Shown: positions 1-8,559 of the stretch, piece after piece
Numbering within the stretch: the stretch's first letter is position 1
Layout: each line of letters begins with the position of its first letter
DNA from: Acutalibacteraceae bacterium
GTDB lineage: Bacteria > Bacillota > Clostridia > Oscillospirales > Acutalibacteraceae
NCBI GenBank assembly: GCA_045588405.1
Contig: JAZNEE010000122.1
Location: forward strand, 1 to 31,218
DNA: 31,218 bases
Reading direction: 5' to 3'
The notes under the pieces: model-generated
Told to the model about the DNA's origin: nothing
Database searches by the model: none
Seen by the model: only the letters and a program-made list of their open reading frames with translations
Program-made: the position numbers and the translations under genes

Positions 1-224
1 TATTCAAGGCCATCCTTTGCCTCGTAATAAAGCGTTACGGCATGAGATTTTATGGTTATTCCACGTTCACGCTCAAGATCCATGCTATCGAGCAATTGAT
101 CCTCCATGTCACGCTCTGCAACCGTTTTGGTATGCTCCAAAAGGCGGTCGGCAAGAGTTGATTTACCGTGGTCAATGTGCGCCACAATACAAAAATTTCT
201 GATTCTTTCCTGAGGTATTGCCAT
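1..224 (-). CDS. lepA: Elongation factor 4 (LepA), 5' part only; runs off the window start; absent from the supplied ORF track
   Basis: Manual minus-strand translation from ATG at 224: [63 protein letters not shown], which has the translational-GTPase G1 (AHIDHGKST) and G2 (RGITI) motifs in LepA context. GAGGAG RBS upstream. Confidence 0.93.
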   Translation of the reverse strand, partial: MAIPQERIRNFCIVAHIDHGKSTLADRLLEHTKTVAERDMEDQLLDSMDLERERGITIKSHAVTLYYEAKDGLE

Positions 225-226
225 TT

Positions 227-451
227 TTACTCCTCTTCGTTACTGTTATTTTTATCCTCGTTGCTAATAGGTTCGGAAGGCTCCATATATGAAGTCTGTC
301 CAAACGAAAACATATTTTCTCTTTTTTTACCTTTGTTGTTTTCACGTATTTTGTCGATTTTTGCGGCTATTTTAGGTACAACCAAGGTAATAATGCCCAA
401 AACAAGCATAAACACAACCCAAGCTGCCGCAAATTTAATATATTCCCACAT
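227..451 (-). CDS. Small hypothetical protein with one N-terminal hydrophobic helix
   Basis: 74-aa ORF with a hydrophobic segment ([19 protein letters not shown]) and charged tail. It sits 2 nt from htpG and 2 nt from lepA, consistent with an operon. Confidence 0.65.
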   Translation of the reverse strand: MWEYIKFAAAWVVFMLVLGIITLVVPKIAAKIDKIRENNKGKKRENMFSFGQTSYMEPSEPISNEDKNNSNEEE

Positions 452-453
452 AA

Positions 454-2352
454 TTATTTCACAATAAGCTCGCTTATGAGGTCACAGAAGCCAACAGCAT
501 CGGCAATACCGAGTCCTGCGATAAGACGCGCCTCGTCACCTAAAACCTTTATAAGCTTTTCTGCCTTTTCTTTATCGTTTTCAAAAGCATTTTCAAGCTC
601 TTTAAAAATCTTATGGTCGGGATTTAATTCAAGCACCTTTTCAGCTTTGGGTTTATGCTCGTCACCGGGGATAGCGGCAAAATATTTTTCCATTTCCAAA
701 GAAATCTGACCCTTGGCGGAAATGAACACGGGGTGGCTCTTTAATTTGTCCGAAATCACACACTCGGCAATATCGTCACTTAGCGTTTCTTTAACAAAAT
801 CGCAAAGCTCTTTATATTTTTCGCGTCTTTCCTCGGTTTGCTTCTTTTCTTCCTCAGTTTTAAGCCCTGCATCGTCATCAGCAACCGACTTGAACTCTTT
901 TTCCTCAAAACTTACAAGCGCTTTTACAACAAACTCGTCAACGTCCTCGGTGAGGTAAAGCATTTCAAAGCCTTTGTCTCTGCAAAGTTCAGTTTGAGGG
1001 AGGGACGCGATAGCCTCGGCCGAGTCGCCACAAGCATAGTAAATAAATTGCTGACCCTCTTTCATACGGGCAACATAGTCTTTAAGCGTGGTTAAGGCGC
1101 CTGTTTCGGATGAATGGAACACAAGCAATTCCTTAACGGCATCCTTGTGTATACCAAAATCGCTGACGACACCGTATTTTACTTGAACACCGAAGTTGCG
1201 CCAGAAGTTTGCATATTTCTGGGGGTCATTATTAAGAAGCTTTAAAAGCTCGGCTTTAATCTTTTTCTCGATATTGGCGGCGATGGTTTTTAGCTGACGG
1301 TCGTGCTGCAAAATTTCACGCGAAATGTTGAGTGACAAATCGGGACTATCGACAACACCCTTAACAAAACGAAAATGGTCGGGCAACAAGTCCTCGCATT
1401 TATCCATAATAAGCACGCCATTAGAATAAAGTTGCAAGCCTTTTTCAAAATCCTTGGTGAAGTAGCCGTAAGGCACGCTTGACGGAATGAAAAGCATTGC
1501 TTTATAAGAAACAAGTCCTTCGGCAGAAACACGGATGGTGCAAGCAGGGTTTGAAAAATCCATAAACTTCTCTTTATAATACTCGTTGCACTCTTCATCG
1601 GTAACCTCCGACTTCGAGCGTTGCCAAATGGGAACCATGCTGTTTAAGGTTTCACGCTTTGTAACCTTTTCGTATTTAGGTTCTTCACCCTCGTTTGCAA
1701 CATTTTCGGTGCGTTCCATATCCATACATATAGGATAACGGATATAGTCGGAATATTGTCTTATAAGACTGCTTACTTTGAACTGCTCTAAATACTCGCT
1801 ATATTTTTCATCAGGAGTATCTTCTTTTACGTGCATTATGATATCGGTGCCAAAGAAGTCTTTTTCACATTCCTCAATGGTGTAACCGTCACAGCCCTCA
1901 CTCACCCATTTAAAGCCGAAATCGGAATTATACTTTTTGGTGATAACGGTAACCTTGTCGGCAACCATAAATGCCGAATAGAAGCCAACACCGAACTGAC
2001 CGATAATATCGGCGGAATTTTCCTCGTCATCCTTTATCTGCTCTTTAAACTTTAAAGAACCGCTTTTGGCAATGGTGCCGAGATTTTCTTCCAATTCCTC
2101 GGCGGTCATACCAATTCCGTTATCCGAAACGGTTATGGTGCGAGCCTCTTTATCAAGCGTTACAGTTATGGCAAACTCGGGGTTTTTAGCCCTCAAAGCC
2201 TCATCGGTAAGCGACAGATAATGCAGTTTATCAACGGCATCACTGGCATTGGAAATAATCTCGCGAAGGAAAATATCCTTGTTGGTGTAGATTGAATTGA
2301 TCATAAGATCAAGCAATCTTTTAGACTCTGCTTTAAAATTTTTCTTTCTCAT
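454..2352 (-). CDS. htpG: Molecular chaperone HtpG (Hsp90)
   Basis: Motifs FLREIISNASDA, DNGIGMT, IGQFGVGFYSAF, LNISREILQ; 632 aa. Confidence 0.97.
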   Translation of the reverse strand: MRKKNFKAESKRLLDLMINSIYTNKDIFLREIISNASDAVDKLHYLSLTDEALRAKNPEFAITVTLDKEARTITVSDNGIGMTAEELEENLGTIAKSGSLKFKEQIKDDEENSADIIGQFGVGFYSAFMVADKVTVITKKYNSDFGFKWVSEGCDGYTIEECEKDFFGTDIIMHVKEDTPDEKYSEYLEQFKVSSLIRQYSDYIRYPICMDMERTENVANEGEEPKYEKVTKRETLNSMVPIWQRSKSEVTDEECNEYYKEKFMDFSNPACTIRVSAEGLVSYKAMLFIPSSVPYGYFTKDFEKGLQLYSNGVLIMDKCEDLLPDHFRFVKGVVDSPDLSLNISREILQHDRQLKTIAANIEKKIKAELLKLLNNDPQKYANFWRNFGVQVKYGVVSDFGIHKDAVKELLVFHSSETGALTTLKDYVARMKEGQQFIYYACGDSAEAIASLPQTELCRDKGFEMLYLTEDVDEFVVKALVSFEEKEFKSVADDDAGLKTEEEKKQTEERREKYKELCDFVKETLSDDIAECVISDKLKSHPVFISAKGQISLEMEKYFAAIPGDEHKPKAEKVLELNPDHKIFKELENAFENDKEKAEKLIKVLGDEARLIAGLGIADAVGFCDLISELIVK

Positions 2353-2373
2353 AAATAAAGACCTCTTTAAAAA

Positions 2374-4509
2374 CTATTGCACTCCGCGGTAGTAAAGTCC
2401 ACGAGTATAATCGCAATCGGGACTCTTATTAAAAATTGCGGAATTTATAACCTCTTGGCATCTTTCTTTGCTTTCATCGGTGAAATAAAGCACCTTAAAA
2501 CCTGCTCCGAAATCAAGGCTTCTGTCAAAATTCCAAAGCACCTTGGAATTGAACATTTCAGAAAACTCACCGCGACAAAAAACAGGAAATTCCATCTGCT
2601 TACGGTCGGTCAAGGTTGTTTTGCCATCGCAATTTTTACAACCGCCACCGTTTTTACCGGGGCAATTTTTAAATATCATAAGCGGCAATCTGCCATAAAC
2701 AATTGTGCCGACGGGGATCTCGGATTTTAGTTCTCTTATAGCATCGGCAGTAAGCTCAAAGGAGGCTATTGCACCTTTTAACCCTAAATCTGCCAAAACG
2801 TTTAACGAATGCGAATTGAACACATTAAGTCCTAATCCGCCAACAGCAAACAAATCAACCTCATTGGTCAACGTAATTCCTGCAATATTGCCAACCACAA
2901 CTGCCTTGACACCGTTTTGCTTGGCTTTTACAAGATCGGCTCTGTATTTTTCCGTAAAGTGCATAACACCTCGCGGTAAATCGGCTAAAACTGAGATGTT
3001 TTTCGGCAAATTAACCTTGCTAAAATCGGTTTCAACCGGCAAAACCACCGCACCGACACCGGTTAAATCATCGGGAATTTGCTCACAAGTCTTAAAAAAT
3101 GCCACAAGCTGCGGCTTTGTGCCGATTGATCGTTTATCTTTGACAGAAGGCACCGAAACCTCATTACTTTGTCGCAAAACAATGCTTCTTTTTTTATCTA
3201 AAAGTTCAACACACTCACGTCGAAGGGCATTTAAACTACCGGCACCCAAAAACAAACCGCCGTCAATTTCTGCTTTAAAATCTTGAAGATAATAACAGGT
3301 ACCGCCCAATTTGGAAAGCTTTTCCTTAACGTCCTGCTCGGTTATCGCTTTTGTTTGCGCTTGTTGCGGAACGTCACCCAAAGCCTTAACCTCATTGCCG
3401 TCAAAATCTCTCAACATAAGTGTTGTGGGCTTGTTTTCTTTAACTTTAAGTTCCATTTCAACAGGAACGCTCTGTCTGTCACGACGATAAAGCTCGTGGG
3501 CTGTATTTATAAGCTCGGCGGTCATTTTCTCGTCAGAGTTTGTGCGGATACCAAACATATCATCATACTTTGCGGTGAAATATCCGTCGGTATGACCACT
3601 TCTGGAAAAAATGCCCGAAAGCAAATCTTTTGTGCTTTGCTCGGCTTCTTGTCCGTCAACTGTGGCACGGGCAACCGAAACCGCAGCGGCAACATACTCG
3701 GGGCGCTTCATTCTGCCCTCAATTTTAAGCGAGCAAACACCCATCTCACGAAGCTCTTCAATATGGGATAAAAAGCTCATATCTTTAAGGCTTAAATCGT
3801 GCCCTGTGCCGTTTTCAACCGAAAATGCAAGTCGGCAAGGTTGCGCACAAAGTCCGCGGTTGCCACTTCTGCCACCGAGCATTGCACTTAAATAACATTG
3901 ACCCGAAAGGCACATACAAAGTGCGCCGTGAACAAAGACTTCAACCTCAATGCCAAGTTCTTGAGCCTTTTTGCAAAATGAGGTCAACGCCTTTTTATCC
4001 ATTTCTCTTGCGGGAACAACGCGAACGAAGCCTAATTTCTTTAAAACGGGCAATGCATCATGTGAATGCACCGACATTTGTGTTGAAGCGTGAAGCGGTA
4101 GACTTGGGATTTGCTCTTTTAGAAGCCTTGCAAGTCCCAAATCCTGCACGATAACAGCGTCTATTCCGCTATCGAACGCAAATTTTGCCTCCAATAAAGC
4201 TTGCTCCATCTCTCGGTCGGAAACAAGAGTATTAAGCGTTAAATAGGTTTTAACTCCCCTAACCTTGCAAAACGAAATGGCTTCTGCCATTTCTTCGCGT
4301 GTGAAGTTCTTTGCGTTTCGTCTTGCATTGAAAGATGGCGCACCAAAATAAACGGCATCGGCACCGCTTCTGACAGCGGCAATCACCGTATCAAAGCCAC
4401 CTGCCGGAGCCAAAACCTCTAAATTTTTACCCCTTTTAAAAACGGAAAGGGCGCCGGAAGGCTCGGCCGAACCGACCGACATCCCGACGCTTTTTGTTTC
4501 AAAACTCAT
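2374..4509 (-). CDS. U32-family 'peptidase' with long C-terminal extension (RlhA-like RNA hydroxylation family)
   Basis: LEVLAPAG, GADAVYFG, HASTQM, EVEVFVHGALCMCLSGQC, RGLCAQPCR, SLKIEGRMK; Cys cluster present. ATGA overlap with zapA. Confidence 0.85.
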   Translation of the reverse strand: MSFETKSVGMSVGSAEPSGALSVFKRGKNLEVLAPAGGFDTVIAAVRSGADAVYFGAPSFNARRNAKNFTREEMAEAISFCKVRGVKTYLTLNTLVSDREMEQALLEAKFAFDSGIDAVIVQDLGLARLLKEQIPSLPLHASTQMSVHSHDALPVLKKLGFVRVVPAREMDKKALTSFCKKAQELGIEVEVFVHGALCMCLSGQCYLSAMLGGRSGNRGLCAQPCRLAFSVENGTGHDLSLKDMSFLSHIEELREMGVCSLKIEGRMKRPEYVAAAVSVARATVDGQEAEQSTKDLLSGIFSRSGHTDGYFTAKYDDMFGIRTNSDEKMTAELINTAHELYRRDRQSVPVEMELKVKENKPTTLMLRDFDGNEVKALGDVPQQAQTKAITEQDVKEKLSKLGGTCYYLQDFKAEIDGGLFLGAGSLNALRRECVELLDKKRSIVLRQSNEVSVPSVKDKRSIGTKPQLVAFFKTCEQIPDDLTGVGAVVLPVETDFSKVNLPKNISVLADLPRGVMHFTEKYRADLVKAKQNGVKAVVVGNIAGITLTNEVDLFAVGGLGLNVFNSHSLNVLADLGLKGAIASFELTADAIRELKSEIPVGTIVYGRLPLMIFKNCPGKNGGGCKNCDGKTTLTDRKQMEFPVFCRGEFSEMFNSKVLWNFDRSLDFGAGFKVLYFTDESKERCQEVINSAIFNKSPDCDYTRGLYYRGVQ

Positions 4510-4853
4510 AATGCGCTTTTATCAAGTCTTAACTGACGGTTTTCGCGATTGAGTCTTTCAATCTCGCGACGTGCACCGTCGATTTCAAGTCTTGCGCAAG
4601 CCAACTCTTCAGCGGTGCTTTTAAGCTGTGCTTTAACCTCTTCGCATTTATCGTTGGCTTTCTTGGCATTATCGCAATATTCAAGCGCCGCCATAACCGC
4701 AACCATTGTTGTTGAAAGATAACGATTATTACGAGCCAAAGAATCAAGCTTTGAGCTTAATTCATCACCAATTCTGCGAACATAGGTCTCGTCGTCATCC
4801 GACGCGATAACATAGTCGATTCCACCGACAGTAATGCGGAATTTATTTGCCAT
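4506..4853 (-). CDS. zapA: Cell division protein ZapA
   Basis: NKFRITVGGIDYVIAS...YVRRIGDEL...VAVMAALEYCD followed by a coiled coil. Start placed at ATG 4853 behind GAGGTGG (4859 and 4868 are alternatives). Confidence 0.85.
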   Translation of the reverse strand: MANKFRITVGGIDYVIASDDDETYVRRIGDELSSKLDSLARNNRYLSTTMVAVMAALEYCDNAKKANDKCEEVKAQLKSTAEELACARLEIDGARREIERLNRENRQLRLDKSAL

Positions 4854-5026
4854 TTTCATCCACCTCATAAAAATACAATTCTACACGATAATTGTACACT
4901 ATTTTTGCAAAATAATAAAGACTTTTTGTTAAATTTAATCGGAATTTTGCAACTTTTCTGCCAAAATTCGGTTTTAATCATCGCCGTTTCCAAAATTCAG
5001 CCACAACGGTCAACTTATTCAAGGTG

Positions 5027-5055
5027 ATTATACCTAAAAATGCTCTGCTTGTCAA
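5027..5055 (-). promoter_or_regulatory. Consensus sigma-A promoter upstream of zapA
   Basis: TTGACA (5055-5050), 17-nt spacer, TATAAT (5032-5027). Confidence 0.8.
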
Positions 5056-5070
5056 CCGAATGAGGATATA

Positions 5071-5102
5071 AACAAACCCGCCGAGTTTGCCTCGGCGGTT
5101 TT
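5071..5102 (-). terminator. Intrinsic terminator after rhaD
   Basis: 8-bp stem ccgccgag (5078-5085) / ctcggcgg (5091-5098) with a 5-nt loop, followed by GTTTGTTT on the minus strand. Confidence 0.75.
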
Positions 5103-5125
5103 GAAAAATTTTGAATATTTAACCA

Positions 5126-5941
5126 TTACAGATTAAGGAAATCTTTTCTGTAAGGAAGACCAAATGCCTCGATGACGTCGCGAAGCTCGGTATCGAGAAT
5201 GGTGTTAACGTGGGGCATATGAGCGGTGAGCATGTAAAGCTGTGCTGCCTTTTCAACAGTTTCGATAAGACCAAAGGTTTCGTCCATATCTTTACCTGCA
5301 CCGTAGATGCCGTGGAGACCCCAAACAACCAAGCGGTACTCTTCCATCTTCTTGGCGGTTGCAACACCGATTTCGTTATTGCCGCAAACCATCCAGGGCA
5401 AAACGCCGATACCGTCGGGGAAAACAACGATACACTCGGTGCACATCTCCCAAATGGTGTGGGTGAACTTCTTATCGTCAAGCTCGTGAACGTGAGTCAT
5501 AGCAAGAGTGTATGTAGGATGGGTGTGCATAACAACGCGGTTCATAGGATCCTTTTTAAGACGTGCCATGTGGCTCATAAGGTGTGCAGGGAACTCGCTT
5601 GTGAACTTGCCACCATCTTTATAGCCCCAAAGAAGCTCTGCAGAGGTGCCGTCCTTTGCGATACGAACAATGCCGAGGTTGGTCTCGGGATCAATTTCAA
5701 CGTTCTTGAAATATTTACCGGTACCGGTAACGATGAAAATTTTGCCGATAAGCTCGGTTGCATCAAAGCCTAAAGGAATGGTACGGATAACATTATTGAG
5801 GTCAAGGTACTCTGCAACCTGCTCGGTTTCGAGCATGTAGCTGATGTTACCGCCGTTACGTTCATCCCAACCAAGACGGTACATATTAGCGGTTGCTCTC
5901 ATCATGTCTTCAACAAAAGGTGCCTTAAAAATGTCTTTCAT
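5126..5941 (-). CDS. rhaD: Rhamnulose-1-phosphate aldolase (class II aldolase)
   Basis: GWDERNGGNIS, VTGTGKYF, PTSE-like FTSEFPAH, metal-binding HTH (MHTHPT), WGLHGI; 271 aa. Confidence 0.88.
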   Translation of the reverse strand: MKDIFKAPFVEDMMRATANMYRLGWDERNGGNISYMLETEQVAEYLDLNNVIRTIPLGFDATELIGKIFIVTGTGKYFKNVEIDPETNLGIVRIAKDGTSAELLWGYKDGGKFTSEFPAHLMSHMARLKKDPMNRVVMHTHPTYTLAMTHVHELDDKKFTHTIWEMCTECIVVFPDGIGVLPWMVCGNNEIGVATAKKMEEYRLVVWGLHGIYGAGKDMDETFGLIETVEKAAQLYMLTAHMPHVNTILDTELRDVIEAFGLPYRKDFLNL

Positions 5942-5966
5942 AATAATTCTCCTTTTATGTTAAAAA

Positions 5967-7379
5967 TTATAAACTGTTAAGTTTTTCTTCAAGAAGCTTG
6001 CGGATAACGGCAGGATCGCCAACACCCTTAAGTTCCTTCATAATAAGACCGAACAAGCCTTGCATTGCCTTTGTTTTGCCACCCTTATAGTCATCAACCG
6101 CCTTCTGATTTTCGGCAATTACGCGACAAACGGTGTCAAGCACAACGCTTTCGTCAACCTTGGCGTTAAGTCCGTTCACGTCGCAATATTTGTCAACGTC
6201 AACATCAGACTCAAACACAGCAGCAAGAACCTTTTTACCTGCAGCACGGGTGATTTCAGCCTTTTCAACAAGCTCGATGATACGAGCAAGCTTTTTAGGC
6301 TCGATAGAAAGGGTTTCAAGTCCCAAATAGTTCATTCGGCTCATACATTCGGTCAAAATCCAACCGGCAACCGCTTTGGGGTTGCAACCAAATGCAACAA
6401 CCTTATCAAAAAACTCACAAAGGGTTAAATCGGAAGCGAGAACTGCGGCATCCTTTTCGTTGATGCCCATGTCAACATACTTCTGACCCTTTTCTTCTGC
6501 CGTTGCGGGCATACTTGCTCTGATTTTCTCAAGCCAAGCATCGTCAATAACGATGGGCATAAGGTTGGGATCGGGGAAATAACGGTAATCAGCGGCGGTT
6601 TCCTTGTTACGCATAGGGAAGGTGCGACGCTTGATTTCGTCCCAACGTCTTGTTTCCTGAACAAGCATTTCGGTGCGACGTTCGATTGCATCAACGTGAC
6701 GAACCTTTTCAAACTCGATAGCGTCCTTGATTTCGGCAAACGAGCTCATATTCTTGATTTCGGAACGAACGCCAAACTCGGTTGAACCTTCGGGACGAAC
6801 TGAAATGTTAACGTCGCAACGCATTGCACCCTCTTCGCACTCGGAAATACCTGCGAACTGCAACGAAGATTTAAGCTTTTTAAGATAAGCAATAACCTCA
6901 TCCGAACTACGGAAGTCGGGCTTGGTAACTATCTCAATAAGCGGAACGCTGGTACGGTTATAGTCAACGAGCGAAGTGTTGGTTGCATCGTCGTGAACAA
7001 GCTTACCTGCGTCTTCTTCAACGTGAATCTGTTTAATGCCGATCTGTCTGCCACCAATCTCAACCGAACCCTCAACGCAAATAGGATGGAACCACTGGGT
7101 TATCTGATAAGCGGAAGGAAGGTCGGGATAGTAATAGCTCTTTTTATCAAAGGTGGTATATTGATTGATTTTGCAGTTGAGCATAAAGCCTGCCTTTACT
7201 GCCAGTTCAATAGCGTGCTTGTTGGTGACGGGCAACATACCGGGCATACCGCTGCAAGCAGGGCAAACGCAATCGTTAGGCTCATCGGCAGCAGCGTGAC
7301 CACCGCAAGAACAGAACAATTTGGAATCGGTGGCAAGTTCAACGTGGGTCTCAAGACCAATAACTAATTCGTATTTCAT
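5967..7379 (-). CDS. gatB: Asp/Glu-tRNA amidotransferase subunit B
   Basis: IGLETHVEL, YYPDLPSAYQITQ, HVEEDAGKL, DYNRTSVPLIEIV, RCDVNIS, EIKN, YRYFPDP and a YqeY-like tail. The metal-binding motifs appear intact. Confidence 0.95.
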   Translation of the reverse strand: MKYELVIGLETHVELATDSKLFCSCGGHAAADEPNDCVCPACSGMPGMLPVTNKHAIELAVKAGFMLNCKINQYTTFDKKSYYYPDLPSAYQITQWFHPICVEGSVEIGGRQIGIKQIHVEEDAGKLVHDDATNTSLVDYNRTSVPLIEIVTKPDFRSSDEVIAYLKKLKSSLQFAGISECEEGAMRCDVNISVRPEGSTEFGVRSEIKNMSSFAEIKDAIEFEKVRHVDAIERRTEMLVQETRRWDEIKRRTFPMRNKETAADYRYFPDPNLMPIVIDDAWLEKIRASMPATAEEKGQKYVDMGINEKDAAVLASDLTLCEFFDKVVAFGCNPKAVAGWILTECMSRMNYLGLETLSIEPKKLARIIELVEKAEITRAAGKKVLAAVFESDVDVDKYCDVNGLNAKVDESVVLDTVCRVIAENQKAVDDYKGGKTKAMQGLFGLIMKELKGVGDPAVIRKLLEEKLNSL

Positions 7380-7394
7380 TGTAAAACTTCCTCC

Positions 7395-8549
7395 TTATTC
7401 CATAATTTCGGCAATTTTAAGAAGCTTGCCGTCGGCAAAATGATCACCAATAAGCTGAACACCCTTTGTCACAACTGCAGGCATACCTGTTATGGATGCA
7501 AGGCAGGTGAACTTGCTTTCATCGAACACCTTCAAGAAAGCATCGGTTTTGTAGCTTAAATCAAAACTACTGCTAGCAGGGGTTAAAACAGCATCGAATT
7601 TTGCGAAAATATCTTTAAGTGTTTCAACGGCAACACGACGGATTTTGAGTGCTTTATCATAGCAATCGTCATATCTGCCTTTTGACAAAACGTCGGAGCC
7701 ATAGATAATGGTGGCTTTGGTTAAGAAACCAAATGCTTCGGTACGGCTGCCAACATACAAATCATCAATGTTTTTGTAGCTTGCAGTGCGATGACCGTAT
7801 TTTACACCGTCAAAACGGGACAAATTGTTGGTGGTTTCAGCGCTCATCAAAATTGTCCAAGCGGTTTGAATCTCGTTTACAGCGTCAAGCGAAATTTCTT
7901 CAACTAATGCGCCTTTTTCTTCCATTGCTTTTTTATAAGCATCAATTTTTGCCTTAACGTCGTCGTTAGCGGCTGCATAAAGTTCTTTTACAAGGGCGAT
8001 TTTCATACCCTTTACATCGGCATTTACTTCATAATCATATTTTTCGGTGGGTAAAGAAGTGCCGTCTTTAGAGTCGTGACCTGCAACGGCTGTCAAAACC
8101 TCTCTTGCTTTGGCGGCGCACTTTGCGGTAACGCCAACCTGCTCACCCGAGCAAGCGCAAGCAATAATGCCGTAACGCGAAACGGTGCCATAGGTGGGTT
8201 TTACAAAGGTAGCGCCCGTAACAGCGGCGGCACGACGGGGTGCACCGTTTAAATCAACGTTTAATGCAACCTCAACGTCACCTGCCATAACGGCTTTTGC
8301 AGCGGCAGCGGTTTCGCCCTTAAAATAAGAGGTTTCGCCAATTACGTCGAGTCCAAACTCGCCAACGTTTGTTTTACCTTTGACGGTAAAGCCTGATTTT
8401 TCGGCTTTGTTTACAACCTCGGCCGAGAAAAGAGGCTTGAAGTTTTCAAGCATTTTAGAGCCTGCAGTAGCAGCGGTGTCCTTGACGAGCAAGGTGTCGT
8501 CAACAGCCAAGTTGCCGTTTTTGTTTATTTCGTTTATATAAAAGCTCAT
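7395..8549 (-). CDS. gatA: GatA-like amidase-fold subunit, N-terminally shortened, catalytic triad not recognisable
   Basis: SKMLENF, GKTN, KPTYGTVSRYG, NLSRFDGVKYG, ALKIRR align with GatA, and the gene lies between aspS-gatC and gatB. About 384 aa. Start placed at ATG 8549 behind GAGGTG. Confidence 0.88.
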   Translation of the reverse strand: MSFYINEINKNGNLAVDDTLLVKDTAATAGSKMLENFKPLFSAEVVNKAEKSGFTVKGKTNVGEFGLDVIGETSYFKGETAAAAKAVMAGDVEVALNVDLNGAPRRAAAVTGATFVKPTYGTVSRYGIIACACSGEQVGVTAKCAAKAREVLTAVAGHDSKDGTSLPTEKYDYEVNADVKGMKIALVKELYAAANDDVKAKIDAYKKAMEEKGALVEEISLDAVNEIQTAWTILMSAETTNNLSRFDGVKYGHRTASYKNIDDLYVGSRTEAFGFLTKATIIYGSDVLSKGRYDDCYDKALKIRRVAVETLKDIFAKFDAVLTPASSSFDLSYKTDAFLKVFDESKFTCLASITGMPAVVTKGVQLIGDHFADGKLLKIAEIME

Positions 8550-8559
8550 CATTAACACC

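Noticed and set aside
4870-5020. Possible 6S RNA near zapA
   Set aside because: The region is upstream of zapA, very AT-rich, and shows no long imperfect duplex with a central bubble.
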